Both the position numbers and the translations under genes were made by a program. A stretch of DNA of 64,000 nt from contig JACZWU010000007.1 in the NCBI GenBank assembly GCA_022571985.1, forward strand, positions 25,986 to 89,985, written 5' to 3'. The notes under the pieces are model-generated. The model saw only the letters and a program-made list of their open reading frames with translations. It was not told the DNA's origin and made no database searches. The stretch is from Candidatus Zixiibacteriota bacterium. GTDB lineage: Bacteria > Zixibacteria > MSB-5A5 > GN15 > FEB-12. This document shows, one piece after another, positions 8,990-19,313 of this stretch; the first letter of the stretch is position 1, and each line of letters opens with the position of its first letter.

Positions 8990-10174
8990 ATGGAGCAAAG
9001 CAGACTTGTGAGAATTACAGCAAATCAAAAGGGCAGCGCTATTTTAATAGTCTTAGCTCTAATAGGTATGCTGACAGGCGTGGGAATTATGTCAGTTGAC
9101 AGAGCCACGACCGATATTGATTTAGCCTTTAACCAGCTACAGGGCGACAGAGCATTTTACGTTGCCGAAGCCGGCTTGCAGCGCGCTATAGCCGAACTTA
9201 GAAAAGACGATAGCTGGCGCGTCGGTTACTACCGGCAGGTCTTGGATGACGGCTACTATACCACATCAATTACTGATTCAACAATCAACCCGGCTCTGGG
9301 TGATACATTGGTTATTCAAAGTCTCGGCTATTTCACCAAAGCAGTTGTCAACTTAGAGATGTGGGTAACGCCCGAGCAGTTGAATCCGTTCGCTTATGCG
9401 CTTTTTAGTGAGTCTGGGATTGTCATGAGACAAGGCGCCTGTACCGATTCATACAATTCGGATTCAGGGTCTTACGCCGTTACTGTGCTTGCCATGCTGG
9501 GTAATATTGGCACCAACGCTACTGTTACTTTAAGCCAGGATGCTACAGTTGGTGGTGACGCAATTGTAGCAGTTCCTGGTGGAATTAGCTTTGGACAAGA
9601 TGCCCGGGTTTTAGGAGATACTATAACTGGCACAGACTCGCTCGACCTTAGCATTATTTCTGATTCGGAATATGTCTGGGCGCAGACTGTCAGCATTGCC
9701 TCTGCCGGACTTTCGGGAACTGATTACACCTATAATTCAATTAACAATACGCTTAATGTAAAAAGCAATGGTAATGTTATCTTAGCAGACGGCATTTATT
9801 ACTTTACGCAGATAGATTTAAAACAAAACGGCCAGCTTAATATCGCTCCGGGTGCGACTGTTACAATTTACTTAACCGGTAACTTAAGCTTGTTTCAGGA
9901 TGCCAGCATGAACTCAGGCGGGGCGCCGTCATCTCTTATCATATTCTCCAGAGGCGCTAAGTTTTCGATGTTTCAGGATTCTCAGTTCTATGGTGCCTTC
10001 TACGGCCCCAACGTAGTTTTTAAGGGCAGGCAGGATATGGGCATGTATGGCTCAATAGTGGCTGGAAATATTACTATGTTTCAAGATGCTTGCTTCCATT
10101 ATGACCGTACCCTGAGCAGCTACACCAAGGGAACCACCGGAGACATTAACGTCATCGCCTGGCGGCTGCAATAA
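8990..10174 (+). CDS. PilX-N-domain protein, paralog 3
   Basis: Same architecture and shared blocks: NQKGSAILIV, SVDRATTDIDLAFN, GIYYFTQIDL, APGATVTIY, FYGAFYGPN, ACFHYD, IAWRL. Confidence 0.65.
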   Translation: MEQSRLVRITANQKGSAILIVLALIGMLTGVGIMSVDRATTDIDLAFNQLQGDRAFYVAEAGLQRAIAELRKDDSWRVGYYRQVLDDGYYTTSITDSTINPALGDTLVIQSLGYFTKAVVNLEMWVTPEQLNPFAYALFSESGIVMRQGACTDSYNSDSGSYAVTVLAMLGNIGTNATVTLSQDATVGGDAIVAVPGGISFGQDARVLGDTITGTDSLDLSIISDSEYVWAQTVSIASAGLSGTDYTYNSINNTLNVKSNGNVILADGIYYFTQIDLKQNGQLNIAPGATVTIYLTGNLSLFQDASMNSGGAPSSLIIFSRGAKFSMFQDSQFYGAFYGPNVVFKGRQDMGMYGSIVAGNITMFQDACFHYDRTLSSYTKGTTGDINVIAWRLQ

Positions 10175-10212
10175 AATAATATTCGAACCACTGATCAGCA
10201 CAAATCCAATAT

Positions 10213-10408
10213 GAGATTGCCGCACGCCGAAAGAATCGGGGCTCGCAATGACTGTTCTCTAAATTATCTTATCAAATAATCCTAATTGCCCGGGGCAGTA
10301 AACTACTGCCATTGCCAAAAACAAACCGCTATCTTTGCCAGAAACAAATTATCTTAATTGCGAAGTTCGTAATACTGTCATTGCGAGGAGCGGAGCGACG
10401 TGGCAATC
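10213..10408. repeat. Inverted pair of gtcattgcgag...ggcaatc hairpin repeat elements
   Basis: 10213-10252 is the reverse complement form (gagattgccg...ctcgcaatgac). 10377-10408 is the forward form (gtcattgcgaggagcggagcgacgtggcaatc). The same family occurs at 38124-38235. Confidence 0.75.
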
Positions 10409-10479
10409 GCATTTCTAAATTTCCCCAGCCAAATCTTTCCATTCAGGATTAAATTCGACGAGGGTACTGCGCTACGCTA

Positions 10480-11841
10480 TCAAACAACACCCTGGTCAAG
10501 CATGGCGTCGGCAACTTTGATAAAGCCGGCAATGTTGGCGCCACGAACATAATTGCCTTTGGTGCCGTACTTGTCGGCAGCATCCACACACGATTTGTGA
10601 ATACTCTTCATAATATTCTTTAAGCGGCTGTCAACTTCTTCTCTCGACCAGCCGACCCTGAGCGAGTTCTGCGACATTTCCAGCCCCGAGACAGCCACGC
10701 CGCCGGCGTTTGAGGCTTTGCCCGGCGAGTACAAAATGCTGCTGCCCAAAAATTTCTGCACTCCTTCGTAATCGGTCGACATGTTGGAGCCTTCGCAGAC
10801 AAGTTCTATGCCGTTTGACATAAGGTGGTCGGCATCTTTGCCTCTGATTTCGTTCTGAGTAGCGGAGGGGAAGGCACAGTTTGCTTTGATTGACCAGAGC
10901 GGGTTGTGGTCGAGGCTTCGGTCTGCCGCTTTGAATTCTGAGCCTTTAAATTTATCGGCGAATTCGTTTATTCTGCCGCGACGGACATTTTTCAGCTCTT
11001 TAATAAACGACAGTTTTTCAGTATCAAAGCCGGCTTCGTCATAGATGAATCCGCCTGAATCTGACATTGTCAGAACTTTAGCCCCCATTTCTATTAGCTT
11101 TTCTACTGTATACTGGGCAACATTTCCCGAGCCGGAGACGAGACAGGTTTTACCTGAGAGAGATCCGCCATTTTTTCCTACCATTTCAGCGGCAAAATAA
11201 ACCGAACCATAGCCGGTTGCTTCGGTACGCATCAGCGAGCCGCCCCAGCCGATGCCTTTGCCGGTCAATACTCCTGTATACTCGTTGCGTAGTTTTTTGT
11301 ATTGCCCGAAAAGAAAACCAATCTCTCTGCCGCCGACCCCAATGTCACCGGCCGGGACATCGGTGTTGGGACCGATATGACGAAAGAGTTCGTTCATAAA
11401 ACTCTGGCAGAAGTGCATGACTTCGTTATCGCTTTTCCCTTTGGGATTAAAATCAGAGCCGCCTTTGCCGCCGCCCATGGGCAGAGTTGTCAGGCTGTTT
11501 TTTAAGACCTGTTCAAAGGCCAGAAATTTTAAGATGCTCAAATTTACGCTGGGGTGAAATCTTAGCCCGCCTTTGTAGGGCCCCAGGGCACTGTTCATCT
11601 CTATTCTATAGCCGCGGTTAACCTGAATTTCGCCTTTGTCATCGACCCAGGGAACGCGGAAAGTAATAGTCCGTTCCGGTTCAATCATACGTTCCAGAAT
11701 TTTTGCCTGGCGGTATTTCGGTTCTTTTTCTAAAACGGGAGCGAGTGACTCGACAATTTCCTGTACAGTCTGAAGAAACTCAGTTTCTCCCGGATTTTTG
11801 GTTTGTGCCAGTTCCAGAATCTCTGCTACGTATTCGGACAT
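10480..11841 (-). CDS. gdhA: NADP-specific glutamate dehydrogenase
   Basis: 453 aa. Motifs GPYKGGLRFHPSV and LPMGGGKGGSDFNPKGKS (catalytic Lys region), plus GSGNVAQY dinucleotide fold. Confidence 0.95.
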   Translation of the reverse strand: MSEYVAEILELAQTKNPGETEFLQTVQEIVESLAPVLEKEPKYRQAKILERMIEPERTITFRVPWVDDKGEIQVNRGYRIEMNSALGPYKGGLRFHPSVNLSILKFLAFEQVLKNSLTTLPMGGGKGGSDFNPKGKSDNEVMHFCQSFMNELFRHIGPNTDVPAGDIGVGGREIGFLFGQYKKLRNEYTGVLTGKGIGWGGSLMRTEATGYGSVYFAAEMVGKNGGSLSGKTCLVSGSGNVAQYTVEKLIEMGAKVLTMSDSGGFIYDEAGFDTEKLSFIKELKNVRRGRINEFADKFKGSEFKAADRSLDHNPLWSIKANCAFPSATQNEIRGKDADHLMSNGIELVCEGSNMSTDYEGVQKFLGSSILYSPGKASNAGGVAVSGLEMSQNSLRVGWSREEVDSRLKNIMKSIHKSCVDAADKYGTKGNYVRGANIAGFIKVADAMLDQGVV

Positions 11842-11886
11842 CTTATCTCCCCATTTGAAACAGACCGGTCAAGTCCTTTCAAATTT

Positions 11887-14514
11887 CTATTTGTTCGCCG
11901 CAAACTTTCTCAAATATTCAGCTACCGATTCACCCTCACGGGAACGCAAGTTGACGCAGTCGTTCACCTGGGCTTCAACTCTGGCCAATTGCTGGTGGGT
12001 TCCTTCCACAATTCTGTCTTCATCAGTGAAAAACTCTTTGCCCATGTTGAATTTATCTAAAGAGCAGCCTCCGGCAATAAAGACCATACGCGTGGCGAAG
12101 GCCTCTGGCAGCTTAGAGATTATTACATCATAGTTTTCAAGGAACCACTCGAAAATGAACTGATCATAATATTCTGACTGACCACTAACTGTAAATGGTA
12201 TCGAAAAAACTTCCTGTGGATATAATTCTCCGTTTAAGGTGTAGTCGAGCGCCTGATTAATGAGCGCCGTATCTCTGAATTGTCCCAGGGTCCTTAAGAA
12301 ACGGGAACGTACGGCCGGAATTTTGGCCGCCAGAAAGCGGCTCTTGAAATCTTCAAACAGAACGGAGTCACCATCTTTAGCGTAATTGCTAAGCGATACG
12401 CCAACCAGCGACGGGTCAATTGATGTCGGTTCTTCCAGGTATTTTTTTGCCAGGATTTTCAGATAGCTGCGGACTTCTTCGTTTTCACCTTCATCAGCCA
12501 GCCAGTTTATCAGACGGGGGCGCAGCAGCGCTTCTTCTTCATTTTCACCAATTTTAGCCTCCATGCCAAGGCGCTCAAGCGAAGGCATCAGCAGATGATT
12601 TACAAATACTGCGAAATCACTTTTTAGCTCATCGGGCGTAAAGGCCCCTTCGACTTTACCGATGCTCGAGATTAAGCTGCCTATAACAGCCGGGTCTTTG
12701 TCACCTGCGAACATGCTCAAAGCATCCAGAAAGTCACTGCCTTTTATTTCACCGGCATCAAGCAGCGCTGAGAGATTACTCAAAAGTCCGATTCGTTCGC
12801 TTCGGTTCAGATGTTCTCTGGCATTATCCATCAAGCTGACCAGCATCTCTTTTGACACTTGCCAGCGGTAGTAGCCGGTAGCGCTGGCATTTGGAAAAAT
12901 CCATTTTGGAGAGCTTTTTGAATCAAGCGTGACTACTTGTTCTTTCTCGGTTAAAAGAAATGACTTTTGCTTAATTGTTTTTCCATCAAGATATTTTAAT
13001 GTTATCGGTATCTGCCAGATTTGCTGGGCAACTTCAACTTCATAATTGGAAAACCGACTCTGGGTGACAGTTATTTGGTTATCATCACCGGTTGTGACAG
13101 TTAGAAGAGGAACTCCCGGCTGAACAATAAAAGTGCTCATAACTCCGGCTACATCCTGTCCTGAAGCCGCACTCAGGGAATTCCATAAATCAAACCCGGT
13201 AGCGTTTCCCCAGGCATTGTCATTTATATAATTTACGACGCCCTGACGAAATTTTTCTTCACCTACCCAGTTCTCAATCATCGATAGCACAGCCTGACCT
13301 TTGGAGTAGATTGTCCCGATATTTCTCAGCAAATCAGCGGTCTCACTTCCGGGAGGACGAATGGCAATTGCAGTGGGCCGGGCATCGCTTCTCATTACAC
13401 TCAGTCCTGAACGGACAGAGCCTATACCCAGCCCATAGTCAGGGTAAATTTTATGCGAAATTTTGCCGCCCAGCCAGGTGGCAAAAGACTCGTTTAGCCA
13501 TAAATCGTCCCACCATTCCATCGTCACCAGATCGCCAAACCACATATGGGCCAGCTCATGCGCGGTAACACTCGCCTGACGTCTTAACTGGCCGATAGTC
13601 GGAGTTTTATCAAACAGTAAGAGACTTTCCCGGTAGGTAATGGCGCCGGCATTTTCCATAGCGCCCGGCCAGAACTCCGGCACGGCTATCAAATCAAGTT
13701 TTTTGTAGGGGTAGGGTCTGCCAAAAAATGCGACAAGCTCTTTTAATATAGGTGGTGTAGATTTTATCGCCTGAGATGCCAGGTGGGTTTTGCCTTTGAC
13801 CGTAACGATGCGAGTTGGAATGGGCATATCAGGAACTTCGACAGTCTCCAACGGACCGGCGGCGATTGCCAGCAAATACGATGGCAGCGGCTTGGTTTTT
13901 TCAAATTCATAAATCTTCCAGCCGTCTGCTTGAGTCTCTCTTGCTACCGGTGTATTAGCGATTACTATGTGTTCCTCCGGAACAGACAAGGTCATTTGAT
14001 ATGGGAACTTAAAGGCAGGTTCGTCAAAACAGGGGAAAGCTTTGCGGGCATCGCTCTCTTCAAACTGTGTAAAAAGATAACTCTCGCCGTCCACTTCGGT
14101 TCTATAGAGGCCTACGGCCTGAGTGTTAAAAGAAGTGGTGAAATCTATCTCAAGTTTGTAGCTGCCTTTCTGCATTATCTGGCTGGTAGTAAGAGTAACA
14201 CGGCCGTTTTCGCCGGTGCTTAGAGTGTAGTCCAGTTCTTTTTCACCACTCGTAAGCAGTACTTTGTTAAGTTCTATATCTTCAGCATGAAAAATAAATT
14301 CGCTGGTTGCATTTAATACTTTGAGATCAATTGAGACCGAGCCCGAATAATCGGCTTCTCTGGCATCAATTTTTAAATCAATAGCCTGAAATGTGGGGAT
14401 GACCTCTTTTTTGAGCCGGATTGTATCGGCGGCAAATATCGGTGATAGATTAATTGCCAAAATCGCGAAAATTGCCCCCAAAAAAAGACCATAACGCTGT
14501 GTTGAAAAAATCAT
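11887..14514 (-). CDS. pepN: M1-family aminopeptidase N, secreted
   Basis: GAMEN exopeptidase motif and HELAHMWFGDLVTMEWWDDLWLNESFA (HEXXH-X18-E). ATG at 14514 is preceded by GGGAGA. Signal peptide MIFSTQRYGLFLGAIFAILAINLSPIFA. Confidence 0.9.
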   Translation of the reverse strand: MIFSTQRYGLFLGAIFAILAINLSPIFAADTIRLKKEVIPTFQAIDLKIDAREADYSGSVSIDLKVLNATSEFIFHAEDIELNKVLLTSGEKELDYTLSTGENGRVTLTTSQIMQKGSYKLEIDFTTSFNTQAVGLYRTEVDGESYLFTQFEESDARKAFPCFDEPAFKFPYQMTLSVPEEHIVIANTPVARETQADGWKIYEFEKTKPLPSYLLAIAAGPLETVEVPDMPIPTRIVTVKGKTHLASQAIKSTPPILKELVAFFGRPYPYKKLDLIAVPEFWPGAMENAGAITYRESLLLFDKTPTIGQLRRQASVTAHELAHMWFGDLVTMEWWDDLWLNESFATWLGGKISHKIYPDYGLGIGSVRSGLSVMRSDARPTAIAIRPPGSETADLLRNIGTIYSKGQAVLSMIENWVGEEKFRQGVVNYINDNAWGNATGFDLWNSLSAASGQDVAGVMSTFIVQPGVPLLTVTTGDDNQITVTQSRFSNYEVEVAQQIWQIPITLKYLDGKTIKQKSFLLTEKEQVVTLDSKSSPKWIFPNASATGYYRWQVSKEMLVSLMDNAREHLNRSERIGLLSNLSALLDAGEIKGSDFLDALSMFAGDKDPAVIGSLISSIGKVEGAFTPDELKSDFAVFVNHLLMPSLERLGMEAKIGENEEEALLRPRLINWLADEGENEEVRSYLKILAKKYLEEPTSIDPSLVGVSLSNYAKDGDSVLFEDFKSRFLAAKIPAVRSRFLRTLGQFRDTALINQALDYTLNGELYPQEVFSIPFTVSGQSEYYDQFIFEWFLENYDVIISKLPEAFATRMVFIAGGCSLDKFNMGKEFFTDEDRIVEGTHQQLARVEAQVNDCVNLRSREGESVAEYLRKFAANK

Positions 14515-14769
14515 GGTTTCTCCCAAATATAAGTTTTTAGAGAATCTTTACGCCGAATATATGATTAAGTTTCACTTCGGGCAAGATGTTACAGAGTAAA
14601 GAAAGGCATCTCTCGAATCATCCCCAAAATAACCGAGCAGAAATATCATTATATCATTATATCATTGTTGAGAATAAGACAGACAGCGCTTAAATTCAGA
14701 TATGGGCATTATCAAGACAGCCGGAGCAACATCGTGCAGTTAAGGGAACTTCTCAAACCGTCCAACCTG

Positions 14770-15381
14770 ATGAGTCTCTTTCGCATTATGGTCATTCCTC
14801 TATTATGGTATTTTCTGTCCAAGCCAGGTCAGCAGCCGGCGTTTATAGCATTTTCCATCGTGCTCCTGGCAGCTCTTTCAGACGGTCTCGACGGCTTCAT
14901 TGCCAGAGTGCGCCACGAAGAAAGCCGGCTGGGGATGCTTCTCGACCCTTTTGCTGACAAAGTTTTTGCGGGAGCGCTGGTTATTCTTCTGGTTATCTAT
15001 CGCGATTTTTCGGTCTGGCTGGCTGTCCTGATTTTGGGACGTGACCTGCTGATAATTGCTTTTGCCGCTATTTTACTAAAAGGACAAGAAATCGTAGTGC
15101 CCTCAAATCTCACCGGCAAATACGCCTTTGCTGCCATATCAATTCTACTGGCCTGCTCTGTAATGCGCTTCGAATTTGGCGTTAACTTAATGACTTATAT
15201 CAGCACAGTCATGATAGTTATTTCTATGTTTGTTTATGGCCGGGTTCTAAGACATCTGGCTAAGGAAAAAACTATCCCGGTTTTTAATGATAAGCCTGTC
15301 TTCAAATATATGCGGTGGACGACAACATCACTGATATCGCTGGTACTTTTGATAAAGCTATATGAGTTTTTGCTTAGCTGA
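14770..15381 (+). CDS. CDP-alcohol phosphatidyltransferase (PgsA-like)
   Basis: DGLDGFIARVRHEESRLGMLLDPFADK matches DG-x2-AR-x8-G-x3-D-x3-D. Multiple TM helices. The start is uncertain (ORF opens at 14665 with TTG; first ATG at 14770). Confidence 0.75.
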   Translation: MSLFRIMVIPLLWYFLSKPGQQPAFIAFSIVLLAALSDGLDGFIARVRHEESRLGMLLDPFADKVFAGALVILLVIYRDFSVWLAVLILGRDLLIIAFAAILLKGQEIVVPSNLTGKYAFAAISILLACSVMRFEFGVNLMTYISTVMIVISMFVYGRVLRHLAKEKTIPVFNDKPVFKYMRWTTTSLISLVLLIKLYEFLLS

Positions 15382-15391
15382 AAGTTGCCGG

Positions 15392-16699
15392 CTAAAGTTT
15401 CGGTCTGTCTTCAGGTGTGGCAGTGACATTGGTAATAATTCTGGCGCTGCGATTCCAGGTGAAATAATTCCAGGCCCATTGAATAAAAACCAGAAGTCTG
15501 TTTTCAAAGCCAACCAGATACATCAGATGTACAAATAACCAGATCAGCCAGGCAAAAAGTCCGCTGACTTTTAGTTTGCCTATCTGACCAACCGCTCGGG
15601 AGCGGCCGATGGTGGCCAGATTTCCTTTATCAACGTATCTGAATGGTCGAACGGTTTTGTTTAATAGCCTTGCTTTTATCAGCTTGGCGACGTATTTCCC
15701 CTGCTGCATCGCCACCGGAGCCAGACCGGGCAGAGGCTGGCCTGTCTGGTGAGAGTAGTTGGCCAGGTCGCCAATTACAAAGACATTAGCATGACCCGGC
15801 AGAGCCAGTTGGCTGTCTACAATCACTCTTTCACTGCTATCGAGACAGCTCAGAATGTTCTTTACAATTTTTTTCCCTAACGATGAAGCCTTGACGCCTG
15901 CTGCCCATAGAACAGTATCTGTTTTGATTCTGTCTTCTTTGTTATTCATAACAATAGTAATTGAAGTTCGGTCGATTGAGGTCACCATAGTACTTGAAAG
16001 TACTTCAACTCCTAGTTCCTCAAGAGAGACGGTCGCTTTTGCAGAAAGCATTTGATCAAAGGCGGGTAGAATTCTGTTTTGTCCCTCTACCAGAATGATT
16101 CTTGCTGTCTTAGGGTCGAAAGAGCTGTACTCGCGTCCGATAGTGTAACGGGTGATTTCGCCAACGGTGCCGGCCAGCTCAACCCCGGTTGGTCCGCCGC
16201 CTACTATGATGAATGTCAAGAGTTGTCTTCGGGTAGAATCATCTTCGGCCAGTTCTGCTTTTTCAAAGGCTGATAAAATACGCCGCCTGATCTCCAGAGC
16301 TTCTTCAATAGTTTTCAAACCGGGAGCATGTCTGCTCCATTCGTCATGGCCAAAATAATAGTGTCTTGAACCGGCAGCGACTATCAGGCTGTCATAGTCA
16401 ATGACCCGGTCATCATCCATGAAGACTCTCTGCGATTCAATATCAATATCATTGACCTCGGCCATAATAGTACGAGTGTTCTTGTTCTTGCGAAGTATCG
16501 CTCTTATTGGTGAGGCAATGTCAGCGGGCGACAAGCCGCCTGTGGCAACTTGATACAAAAGAGGCTGAAACAGATGAAGATTACGTTTATCTATGAGCGT
16601 GACTTTGACCGGTGCATTTTTCAAGGCCTTAGCAGCGTTAAGACCGCCAAAGCCGCCACCTATAATTACTACCCGATGTAAATTTGTCTGGTCCGTCAT
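15392..16699 (-). CDS. ndh: Type II NADH dehydrogenase (NDH-2)
   Basis: VVIIGGGFGGLNAAKAL and IIVGGGPTGVELAG dinucleotide folds. C-terminal amphipathic/TM segment. Confidence 0.85.
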   Translation of the reverse strand: MTDQTNLHRVVIIGGGFGGLNAAKALKNAPVKVTLIDKRNLHLFQPLLYQVATGGLSPADIASPIRAILRKNKNTRTIMAEVNDIDIESQRVFMDDDRVIDYDSLIVAAGSRHYYFGHDEWSRHAPGLKTIEEALEIRRRILSAFEKAELAEDDSTRRQLLTFIIVGGGPTGVELAGTVGEITRYTIGREYSSFDPKTARIILVEGQNRILPAFDQMLSAKATVSLEELGVEVLSSTMVTSIDRTSITIVMNNKEDRIKTDTVLWAAGVKASSLGKKIVKNILSCLDSSERVIVDSQLALPGHANVFVIGDLANYSHQTGQPLPGLAPVAMQQGKYVAKLIKARLLNKTVRPFRYVDKGNLATIGRSRAVGQIGKLKVSGLFAWLIWLFVHLMYLVGFENRLLVFIQWAWNYFTWNRSARIITNVTATPEDRPKL

Positions 16700-16740
16700 T
16701 ATGTATATTTAAACGTACCGATTATCAGCTGAGTTCTTTG

Positions 16741-19119
16741 TTATTGATTAAAGAATTGCTCTATCCTGTTGGTAAAGGCTGTGCCGGTTTCGCTTGCCGA
16801 GAAGCCAAGCAGGCCGCTTAAATCTGATAAAGTCTCATAAAAGTCAACTCTAACCATAATTTCGTTAAGCTCAGCTGCGGTCAGCTCGTTTTGAGCATCA
16901 AGGAGATTAATAATATTCAGTTTGCCTGCATCATAGCGCCCGATAACTGTTTCAAGGTTAAGCCGTGCCAGATCGAGCCGGCGGTAGACCGAGGGCAGCA
17001 TATCAAGGCCGGCAGTCATTTTTTGGAATTTGGAAAATATCTGGCCGCTTACTTTAAGCCGCTTATTGTCAGTTTCAAATTCAAGTCTGCTGTAAATTGA
17101 ATTCAGTTTTCGTCCTTCTTTGATTCTGTCCGTTCCCAGAAAAAGAGGTAATTTCAAAACGCCACCCAGCGTCCAGCTGCTTTTTTCTTCTGTGAACGAT
17201 AGCGGCGTATCTCTCAAGTCATCAGCATATCTGTAACTTGCCCGGAACTCAAGCGACGGCAAGTAACGTGACCTGTTTTGTGACCGAAGTCCGTTCATTA
17301 TGGCCAGCTTCTGCTCAAATTGCCGGATTTCGCTGTTATGGACCAGTGCATAATCTACCATCAGCTGCGCGATGCGCGAAGCCTGCTCAGGCAATGACAG
17401 CTTGCCATAAACGCGGTCATAAAATAACGAAGTTGCTGTTTCGGAAAACGATTCGGAGAAAACAATATATTCTGTTTCGTTCGGGTAGTTGAGCAGTGTA
17501 TTCAAAAGTATCCGGGCAATTTTGAGATTTGCTTTGGATTCAATAATCTTTTGACTGATTTTGTAACGTTCCTGCTGCCAGCGCGACATTTCGTATTCGT
17601 CGGCATTTTCTATGATCTGGCGCGTACCGGTGACTTCGATATTCCGGTCAACTAACTGTCTGATACGTGAAAAGATATCGACTAACTTTTCTGCTCTGAC
17701 ATAATTTAAATACGCCCGCTCTACCGCCCGCTCCAGTTCTATCCTGGCTTTTTCCAGATTAACCTGCTCCAGTTCTTTTTCTTTTGAGGCTACTTTGATA
17801 GAGCGAATTGTTTCCAGCGAAAAAAGTTTCTGATGCAAATCAAGGCTGGTTGCAAAGTATTCCTGCTCAAATTCATTGCGGGAGTTACTTACGGTATTGT
17901 CGTCGCGGTAGCCGAGCCCGGCGCTGAGACTAAGCTGCGGCAGGTAGGCGGCGTAGGCCTGAGCTGCCGCCTGTCCCGCTGCTTCAAGTGCGTCATACAT
18001 AGCCAGAAAGCCGGGGTTAAGCGAAACTGCCCGAAGTATGGCATCATCGATTGTCAGAGGCGGCGTATCTTCGGAAGCTCCGGCAAGTATCACATCGGCT
18101 TCATTATAGATTCTGCGCGACAGGGGAACCCGGCAGATTTTTGCCGTTTTTTCATTGACTGCCACCGAGTTGCCGCCTACGAATTCGAAAGTAAGTTCGG
18201 CTGGTTTGGAGCCGGTGATTATCTTAAAAGTTTTGTAAGCGTTAAAGCGGGCTTCGGAAAAAATATTGTAGGCAGAATTTGTAGCCAGCGCTCCGCGCTC
18301 TACCAGCGCCAGACCCTCGCTGACAATAGCCGGAATGCGGTCGTTTTTAAGCGATAAAAAGAATTGATTGACCATGGTAACATCCAGCCCCCAAAGTGGC
18401 GCCAGATATATGGCGTCAACAGATCTGTCTAACTTCTTATACGCTTTGAAATATGCAAAAGTGCCTTTATTATCGAAACCCTCGGCCGTGACAACTTCGA
18501 ATCCATACTTCTGCCCAATCGCTTCAACACGCGCGAGTACTGCTTTCGATTCATCTCCCGATGGAAAATGCAGGAAACCAAGTTTCTTAATCGGTCGAAA
18601 TAGGTTCAGAACGGACAGGTCATTTTCTATTTTGTCCGGGATAAGATGGATTGTCAGATTTTCTACTACAGGCTTACCTGAAGCATCCAGCAGACCTTCA
18701 ACGTCCGGTGCAAACTGATGCATGGCTACAATCGGTTTTTTGCAGCCGGCCTCAATCAAATCATTGACCACCCAGGGACCCACCGCAATGATAATATCAA
18801 TAGCAGCCAGTTCGCTGAGCTCTCTGGCCATCCGCCTGGAATTTTCCCTGTTCCATTCGGCGCTGCGGTAGCCATCAGGAGAAAAATGAACTATCAAATC
18901 TTCGGGCAGGACTGCCTTTAGTTGCTGCAGGTATTCATCTCTGAGCCGGTTGTGAATTATATACTGCCCGCCCTCGAAATAGCCCAGCCGGATTGGTCTG
19001 GCCGGTTCGGTCGCTTTTGCAGAGCCTGCCAATCCTGTCATTATAAGCAAGGCAGCTATCTGAACGGCTAATCGTCTTAATTGCACAAAGTTACAAAATA
19101 TATTCAGTCTGTTTTTCAT
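16741..19119 (-). CDS. Fusion protein: periplasmic-binding (COG2984/ABC_sub_bind-like) domain + TolC-family outer-membrane channel
   Basis: ATG at 19119 is preceded by GGGAG. Signal peptide ...LLIMTGLAGSAKA. N-terminal ~330 aa (RLGYFEGG...DIIIAVGPWV...KKLGFLHFP...GALATNS...ITGSKPAEL) fit the PBP pattern. C-terminal ~440 aa (LTIDDAILRAVSLNPGF..., two OEP repeats) fit TolC. Confidence 0.7.
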   Translation of the reverse strand: MKNRLNIFCNFVQLRRLAVQIAALLIMTGLAGSAKATEPARPIRLGYFEGGQYIIHNRLRDEYLQQLKAVLPEDLIVHFSPDGYRSAEWNRENSRRMARELSELAAIDIIIAVGPWVVNDLIEAGCKKPIVAMHQFAPDVEGLLDASGKPVVENLTIHLIPDKIENDLSVLNLFRPIKKLGFLHFPSGDESKAVLARVEAIGQKYGFEVVTAEGFDNKGTFAYFKAYKKLDRSVDAIYLAPLWGLDVTMVNQFFLSLKNDRIPAIVSEGLALVERGALATNSAYNIFSEARFNAYKTFKIITGSKPAELTFEFVGGNSVAVNEKTAKICRVPLSRRIYNEADVILAGASEDTPPLTIDDAILRAVSLNPGFLAMYDALEAAGQAAAQAYAAYLPQLSLSAGLGYRDDNTVSNSRNEFEQEYFATSLDLHQKLFSLETIRSIKVASKEKELEQVNLEKARIELERAVERAYLNYVRAEKLVDIFSRIRQLVDRNIEVTGTRQIIENADEYEMSRWQQERYKISQKIIESKANLKIARILLNTLLNYPNETEYIVFSESFSETATSLFYDRVYGKLSLPEQASRIAQLMVDYALVHNSEIRQFEQKLAIMNGLRSQNRSRYLPSLEFRASYRYADDLRDTPLSFTEEKSSWTLGGVLKLPLFLGTDRIKEGRKLNSIYSRLEFETDNKRLKVSGQIFSKFQKMTAGLDMLPSVYRRLDLARLNLETVIGRYDAGKLNIINLLDAQNELTAAELNEIMVRVDFYETLSDLSGLLGFSASETGTAFTNRIEQFFNQ

Positions 19120-19313
19120 AAGGCTCCCATAATAGCAAAATATGCCGGCCTGCCAAAGTCTTTTTTGACGGTCTGGCTTTTGCTTAAATCTTAAACGGTT
19201 AAGCAGAGCCGGCTGCCTAATTTTTATTACTGATAGCGAATCAGATTGACAGGCTTCAGATTTCTGTGTTAAGTACAAAAGATAATATTAAAGTGAGAAT
19301 TTTCAGATTACGT

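Noticed and set aside
14643-14666. Three perfect tandem copies of atatcatt in the divergent pepN / phosphatidyltransferase promoter region.
   Set aside because: It is too short to call a functional repeat. It may be slippage in AT-rich promoter DNA or a small operator, and nothing in the sequence distinguishes these.
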